This document shows, piece by piece, positions 39,987 to 43,801 of a DNA stretch of 43,801 nt; position 1 is the stretch's first letter, and the number at the start of each line of letters is the position of its first letter. This DNA is from a virus. Both the position numbers and the translations under genes were made by a program. The DNA is taken from IMG/VR virus record IMGVR_UViG_3300045988_028735, positions 1-43,801 of that record. The stretch is one strand, 5' to 3'. Under the pieces are notes generated by a model. It had not been told where the DNA came from. It was given only the letters and a program-made list of their open reading frames with translations, and did no database searches.

Positions 39987-41027
39987 ATGAACCTCAAACA
40001 CACGCTTACTGTGATCCTGAGCCTCTTTGACGGCGGCGCTGCCGCTGCGGGAGCCGCTGCCGGTGCATCGGGCGGCGCAGAAGGAGCAGGCGGCACACAG
40101 GGCGATACACAAGGCGCAAGCCCTTCTCCCACCCGGAAGGGCAAACCGGGCGAATACGCCAATGTTGTTTTTGGAAAGCAGGAGGCACCTGACGATACGG
40201 GGACGCCTGCGGGCGAGCCGAAGGACGACAAGGGCGCAAAGATGCAGCAGCACGACGCCGGAGCTGCGAAAGACGGCGAGGGAGACCTCAAAAAGGAGTT
40301 CCTCGATCTCGTAAACGGCAAGTACAAGGACGTCTATACCGCAGAGACGCAGCGCATCATCAACCGCAGATTCGGCGAGGAAAAAGCCAAGGATCAGAAG
40401 ATCGCGGACGCACAGCCCATTATCGACGCGCTCATGCGCCATTATGGGGTGGCAGACGGCGATATGGCGAAGCTCAGGGCCGCCTTTGACGGTGACGAGG
40501 CGCTGGGAACGGTGCTTTATGAGCAGGAAGCCGAAAGCATGGGCATGAGCGTTGAGCAGTACCGCAAGTATTTGCAGATGCAGCAGGAGAATGAACAGCT
40601 CAAGCGGCAGGAAGAGGACCGGCAGCGCGCGCAGAAGGCCGACGAGACCTATAACGACTGGATCCGTCAGGCAAGCGAGCTGGTCGGCACGGCGGACGCG
40701 CCGGGCGATTACCCGGACTTCGACCTGAGACGCGAGGTGGCGGAGAATCCGCGCTTCATTGCCATGCTGCGCGCCGGGGTTCCCGTGAGGGACGCATACG
40801 AGGTATCGCATTTGGGCGACATTCAGGCCCGCAACGCAGCGAAAGCGGCGGCCGAGATGGAAAAGCGCGTGATGGATAATGTGCGCGCGAAGGGAATGCG
40901 CCCGAACGAGAACGGAACAAACTCCCAGCCGGGGGTCATCGTCAAGAATGACCCGAGCAAGTTTACGAAAGCCGACCGCGCGGAGATCGCAAGACGCGTG
41001 CGGCGCGGCGAGCGCATCGTGCTTTGA
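39987..41027 (+). CDS. scaffolding protein
   Basis: SD AGGAGGG precedes ATG 39987; the track start is 39927. A Gly/Ala-rich region is followed by a long charged helical region. The gene lies between portal and capsid. The N-terminus is MNLKHTLTVILSLFDGG. Confidence 0.75.
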   Translation: MNLKHTLTVILSLFDGGAAAAGAAAGASGGAEGAGGTQGDTQGASPSPTRKGKPGEYANVVFGKQEAPDDTGTPAGEPKDDKGAKMQQHDAGAAKDGEGDLKKEFLDLVNGKYKDVYTAETQRIINRRFGEEKAKDQKIADAQPIIDALMRHYGVADGDMAKLRAAFDGDEALGTVLYEQEAESMGMSVEQYRKYLQMQQENEQLKRQEEDRQRAQKADETYNDWIRQASELVGTADAPGDYPDFDLRREVAENPRFIAMLRAGVPVRDAYEVSHLGDIQARNAAKAAAEMEKRVMDNVRAKGMRPNENGTNSQPGVIVKNDPSKFTKADRAEIARRVRRGERIVL

Positions 41028-41072
41028 TGCGCAAGAAACTCAAAAAACCGACTTTACAAGGGAGATAAAGCA

Positions 41073-42332
41073 ATGAAGAACATGAAAGACATTTTCATTC
41101 TGCCGGTCGTGCTGAGCCTCTTCGAGGGCCAGACGAACGTGACCACCGACGCCGGTCTTTCCGGCGAGATGAAGACCTACTACTGCGACACCCTGATCGA
41201 CAACGCCGAGCCCGAGCTGGTGCATGACCGCTTCGCCCAGAAGCGCAACATTCCCAAGGGCAAGGGCAAGGAGATCGAGTTCCGCAAGTACAACCCGCTG
41301 CCCAAGGCGCTCACCCCCATCACCGAAGGCGTGACGCCCAAGGGCCGCAAGCTGTCGATGACCACGCTGACGGCACAGGTCGACCAGTACGGCGACTTCG
41401 TGGAGATCTCTGATATCCTCGAGCTTACCGCCATCGACAACAACCTGCAGGAAGCCACTGTGCTGCTCGGCTCTCAGGCGGGCCGCACGCTGGACACCAT
41501 CACCCGCGAGGTCATCAACGGCGGCTCGAACGTCCAGTACGGCGAAGGCCAGGTGAATGGCCGCCATCTGCTCGTCGGCGGCGAGGCAAGCGGCAACCAC
41601 TACTTCACCGTTCGCGCGGTGCGCAAGGCGGTCCGCTTCCTGAAGACCATGAACGCGCCCCGCTACGAGGGTTCCTATTGGGCCATAATCCATCCTGACT
41701 GCTCCTACGACATTCAGGATGACCCCGACTGGAAGCGCCCCCACGAGTACAAGGACACCGCCAACATCTATGACGATGAGATCGGCAAGATCGCTGGCGT
41801 CCGCTTCGTGGAGACGACCGAGGCGAAAGTGTTCCACGCCGACGACCTGACGGCAGGCTCGCGCGAGCTCAAGGTCAAGAGCGTTTCCGGCAAGGTCGTC
41901 ACCGTCAATGAGACCATTACGGCGGACGACGCCAAGGCGCTTGCGGGCCGTATGGCCATCATCGAGGGCCAGATCTGCGAGATCGAATCCGCTGCGGCTG
42001 CGGCTGCGGGTAGCGCGACGATCACGCTGAAGGAAGTCCCGAGCACCGCGCCTGTTGCGGGCAACATCGTCTATCCCGGCGAGGCTGGCGCGAAGGGCCG
42101 CAACGTATACTCCACCCTCATCATGGGCGCGGAGGCTTACGGCACGACCGAGCTGACCGGCGGCGGCCTCGAGCACATCGTCAAGCCGCTTGGTTCTGCC
42201 GGTACTGCTGACCCGCTCAACCAGCGCGCGACCGTCGGCTGGAAGGCCACCAAGGTCGCCGAGCGTCTGGTCGAGGCGTACATGATCCGCGTAGAGACTA
42301 CCTCTACGTTTGACGAGACCCCGCTGACCTAA
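41073..42332 (+). CDS. major capsid protein, N4-gp56-like HK97-fold family
   Basis: LSGEMKTYYCDTLIDNAEPELVHDRFAQKRNIPKGKGKEIEFRKY...LTEGVTPKG...QYGDFVEISD matches my memory of that family. Confidence 0.85.
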   Translation: MKNMKDIFILPVVLSLFEGQTNVTTDAGLSGEMKTYYCDTLIDNAEPELVHDRFAQKRNIPKGKGKEIEFRKYNPLPKALTPITEGVTPKGRKLSMTTLTAQVDQYGDFVEISDILELTAIDNNLQEATVLLGSQAGRTLDTITREVINGGSNVQYGEGQVNGRHLLVGGEASGNHYFTVRAVRKAVRFLKTMNAPRYEGSYWAIIHPDCSYDIQDDPDWKRPHEYKDTANIYDDEIGKIAGVRFVETTEAKVFHADDLTAGSRELKVKSVSGKVVTVNETITADDAKALAGRMAIIEGQICEIESAAAAAAGSATITLKEVPSTAPVAGNIVYPGEAGAKGRNVYSTLIMGAEAYGTTELTGGGLEHIVKPLGSAGTADPLNQRATVGWKATKVAERLVEAYMIRVETTSTFDETPLT

Positions 42333-42340
42333 CCACAACA

Positions 42341-42365
42341 GGGGGCGGCTGCGAACGCCGCCCCC
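42341..42365 (+). promoter_or_regulatory. GC-rich hairpin right after the capsid stop (attenuator candidate, no U-tract)
   Basis: GGGGGCGGC-TGCGAAC-GCCGCCCCC is a 9-bp stem. Confidence 0.35.
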
Positions 42366-42561
42366 ACCAATGAAACGGAGGGACACCCGATGAGTGAAGC
42401 AAAACAGAATACGGCTGCGAACGCCGCCCCCACCAATGAAACGGAGGGACACCCGATGAGTGAAGCAAAACAGAATACGGCTGCGAACGCCGCCCCCACC
42501 AATGAAACGGAGGGACACCCGATGAGTGAAGCAAAACAGAATACGGCTGCGAACGCCGCCC
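42347..42561 (+). repeat. perfect 66-bp tandem repeat x3 plus a 17-nt partial copy
   Basis: Units start at 42347, 42413 and 42479, with the partial copy at 42545. Each unit contains GGAGGG-N7-ATG plus 22 codons. Confidence 0.95.
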
Positions 42562-42800
42562 GCGCAGGCGAGGAATACGTCAGCGTTAGGCTGTTCAAGG
42601 ACAACGGAAAGTACAAGGATGACCTGCTGGTGTGCGTGAACGGTGAATCGTGCCTGATCCAGCGCGGCGTGAACGTGCAGGTCAAGAGAAAGTTCTTGTG
42701 GGCCATCCAGAATCAGATGAAGCAGGACGCCTCGACCGCGAATCTCATTCAGGCAATGAGCAGCGAATTCGAGGACAGCGCGAAAGCGCACCATGTGTAA
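42390..42800 (+). CDS. hypothetical head-associated protein with triplicated N-terminus
   Basis: 136 aa from the first ATG. In-frame SD-led ATGs also occur at 42456 and 42522. MSEAKQNTAANAAPTNETEGHP occurs three times. Confidence 0.6.
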   Translation: MSEAKQNTAANAAPTNETEGHPMSEAKQNTAANAAPTNETEGHPMSEAKQNTAANAARAGEEYVSVRLFKDNGKYKDDLLVCVNGESCLIQRGVNVQVKRKFLWAIQNQMKQDASTANLIQAMSSEFEDSAKAHHV

Positions 42801-42838
42801 GTGAATATTCCGCGAAACACGAAAAACAGTTGCGACAC

Positions 42839-42882
42839 GGCGCAGCAAGGGACAGAAAAACGGCTCTTGCTGCGCCGTTTTC
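42839..42882 (+). terminator. intrinsic terminator (leaky, before the fibre gene)
   Basis: GGCGCAGCAAG-(16-nt loop)-CTTGCTGCGCC followed by GTTTT. Confidence 0.65.
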
Positions 42883-42900
42883 CATAAGAGAGGTGACAAT

Positions 42901-43801
42901 ATGATCGAAGAGAAAGCATACGGGATGCAGGAGATCAACCTCGGCAGGCAGGGCGAGAACAAGGCCCGCAGGGTGACCTTCGACATTGCAGAGAAATGGC
43001 GCGAGGTCTACGGCGCGGGCGGCTCGTTCAGCATGATCGTACAGCGCGAGGGCGACGCTTCCCCGTATCCCGTTGCGCTGAGCGAAGAAGACGGGCTGCT
43101 CGTCTGGCTTGTCGAAAGCGCGGACACGGCAAAGAGCGGCGAGGGCAAGGCGGAGCTGCGGTATATGCTTGGCGACGTCATCGCCAAGAGCCAGACCTAC
43201 AGAACACGCGTGCGCGCCGCGATGGACGAAAGCACGGCAGACCCGCCGGAGGCCTATCAAAGCTGGGTGGACGAGGTATTGACGGCGGCGGCGGGCGTAG
43301 AAAGCGCCGTATCCAAGATGCCATACGTCGACAGCACGACGGGGAACTGGTTCAAGTGGGATGCCGAAAAGAACGCCTTTGCCGATACCGGCATTCCCGC
43401 AACGGGCCCGCAGGGTCCGCAAGGTGAGAAAGGTGATACCGGCGAGCAGGGGCCCAAAGGCAAGACCGGCGAGCAGGGGCCCAAAGGCGAGACCGGCGCG
43501 ACCGGCCCCAAAGGGGATACCGGCGCGACAGGCGCGCAGGGCCCAAAGGGAGAAAAGGGCGACACAGGTGCAACGGGTGCGCAGGGCCCGCAGGGTGAGC
43601 AGGGCATCCAAGGAATTCAGGGCATTCAGGGCCCGAAGGGGGATACCGGTGATACCGGGCCCCAAGGCCCCAAGGGTGACACAGGTGAAACGGGCCCGCA
43701 GGGGCCGCAGGGCGAACAGGGCGTCAAAGGGGACACCGGCGCAGTTGGCCCGCAGGGGCCGCAGGGCGAACAGGGCGTCAAAGGGGACACCGGCGCAGTT
43801 G
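42901..43801 (+). CDS. collagen-like tail fibre protein, N-terminal part (BppU-like N-domain plus G-X-Y tract), continues at nt 27
   Basis: SD GAGGTGA precedes ATG 42901 and there is no stop before the window end. The N-terminus [29 protein letters not shown] resembles a baseplate/fibre N-domain. G-X-Y triplets run from 43405. Confidence 0.8.
   Translation, partial: MIEEKAYGMQEINLGRQGENKARRVTFDIAEKWREVYGAGGSFSMIVQREGDASPYPVALSEEDGLLVWLVESADTAKSGEGKAELRYMLGDVIAKSQTYRTRVRAAMDESTADPPEAYQSWVDEVLTAAAGVESAVSKMPYVDSTTGNWFKWDAEKNAFADTGIPATGPQGPQGEKGDTGEQGPKGKTGEQGPKGETGATGPKGDTGATGAQGPKGEKGDTGATGAQGPQGEQGIQGIQGIQGPKGDTGDTGPQGPKGDTGETGPQGPQGEQGVKGDTGAVGPQGPQGEQGVKGDTGAV
43405..43801 (+). repeat. first collagen-like G-X-Y tract (continues at 2-88), including a 54-bp tandem unit at 43722-43801
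   Basis: [18 protein letters not shown] ... The unit [18 protein letters not shown] is repeated. Confidence 0.9.

Noticed and set aside
38102-40327. 741-aa minus-strand ORF, the second-longest ORF in the track
   Set aside because: It is antisense to the portal, Prp-like and scaffold genes. Its translation is Arg/Ala/His/Leu-rich low complexity, and it has no SD or recognisable motif. It is a typical GC-driven shadow ORF, since stops are rare opposite G/C-ending codons.
42347-42561. Possible CRISPR array (regular 66-bp periodicity)
   Set aside because: The units are contiguous with no spacers, they are in frame and translated as a peptide repeat, and no cas genes or leader are present.
41040-42986. 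648-aa minus-strand ORF including repeated RILFCFTHRVSLRFIGGGGVRS units
   Set aside because: It is antisense to the clearly recognisable major capsid gene. Its internal repeats are just the reverse complement of the 66-bp coding triplication.
43405-43801. Diversity-generating retroelement target or hypervariable region in the fibre
   Set aside because: There is no reverse transcriptase anywhere in the genome and no template/variable repeat pair with A-specific differences. The repeats are ordinary collagen G-X-Y triplets.

Overview
The window is a complete, circularly closed temperate phage genome of about 43.8 kb. The last 26 nt repeat the first 26 nt, and the break falls inside a collagen-repeat tail-fibre gene that rejoins in frame. 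It is GC-rich and uses strong Shine-Dalgarno sites; the host looks like a Firmicute or Clostridia (inference from XhlA-like lysis gene, Prp/L27-type processing motif, SD usage). Nearly everything is on the + strand except the lysogeny module. Layout: tail-fibre and virion genes (42901 -> 8258); a 2086-codon polyvalent-type virion ORF (8259-14519); a lysis cassette (14632-15939); a terminator-partitioned moron cassette of unknown function (16024-18572); attP carrying the 3' half of a tRNA-Pro(GGG)-like gene (18755-18804); the minus-strand lysogeny module with tyrosine integrase, membrane proteins and a cI-like repressor (18868-22545); a face-to-face promoter switch plus a ~270-nt structured leader (22574-22983); early genes (23016-35241) covering Cro-like and antirepressor proteins, YqaJ/RecT/SSB, a replisome organizer with an internal ori-like repeat cluster, G39P-like, DnaN-like and DUF1064-like proteins, two methyltransferase-like genes, ASCH and Lar; and a packaging/head module (35554-42800) with TerS, TerL, portal, a Prp-like protease, scaffold, an N4-gp56-type capsid and a gene with a triplicated 5' end. 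No tail tube, sheath or tape-measure gene is visible, which suggests a podovirus-like virion. I see no rRNA, complete tRNA, CRISPR array or transposase. The observations I rate highest are: (1) a phage-borne Prp-like cysteine protease next to scaffold and capsid genes that share an L27-like N-terminal LSLF(D/E)G motif; (2) two SD-led short ORFs nested out of frame in the giant ORF exactly where its own frame loses codon bias; (3) a 34-nt bipartite motif present three times in front of late gene blocks; (4) the uncharacterised moron cassette; (5) the structured or invertible-looking leader in the genetic switch; (6) a perfect 66-bp triplication that repeats the SD, ATG and first 22 codons of the gene after the capsid gene. 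All functional calls rest on motif recognition by eye. No database search was run.
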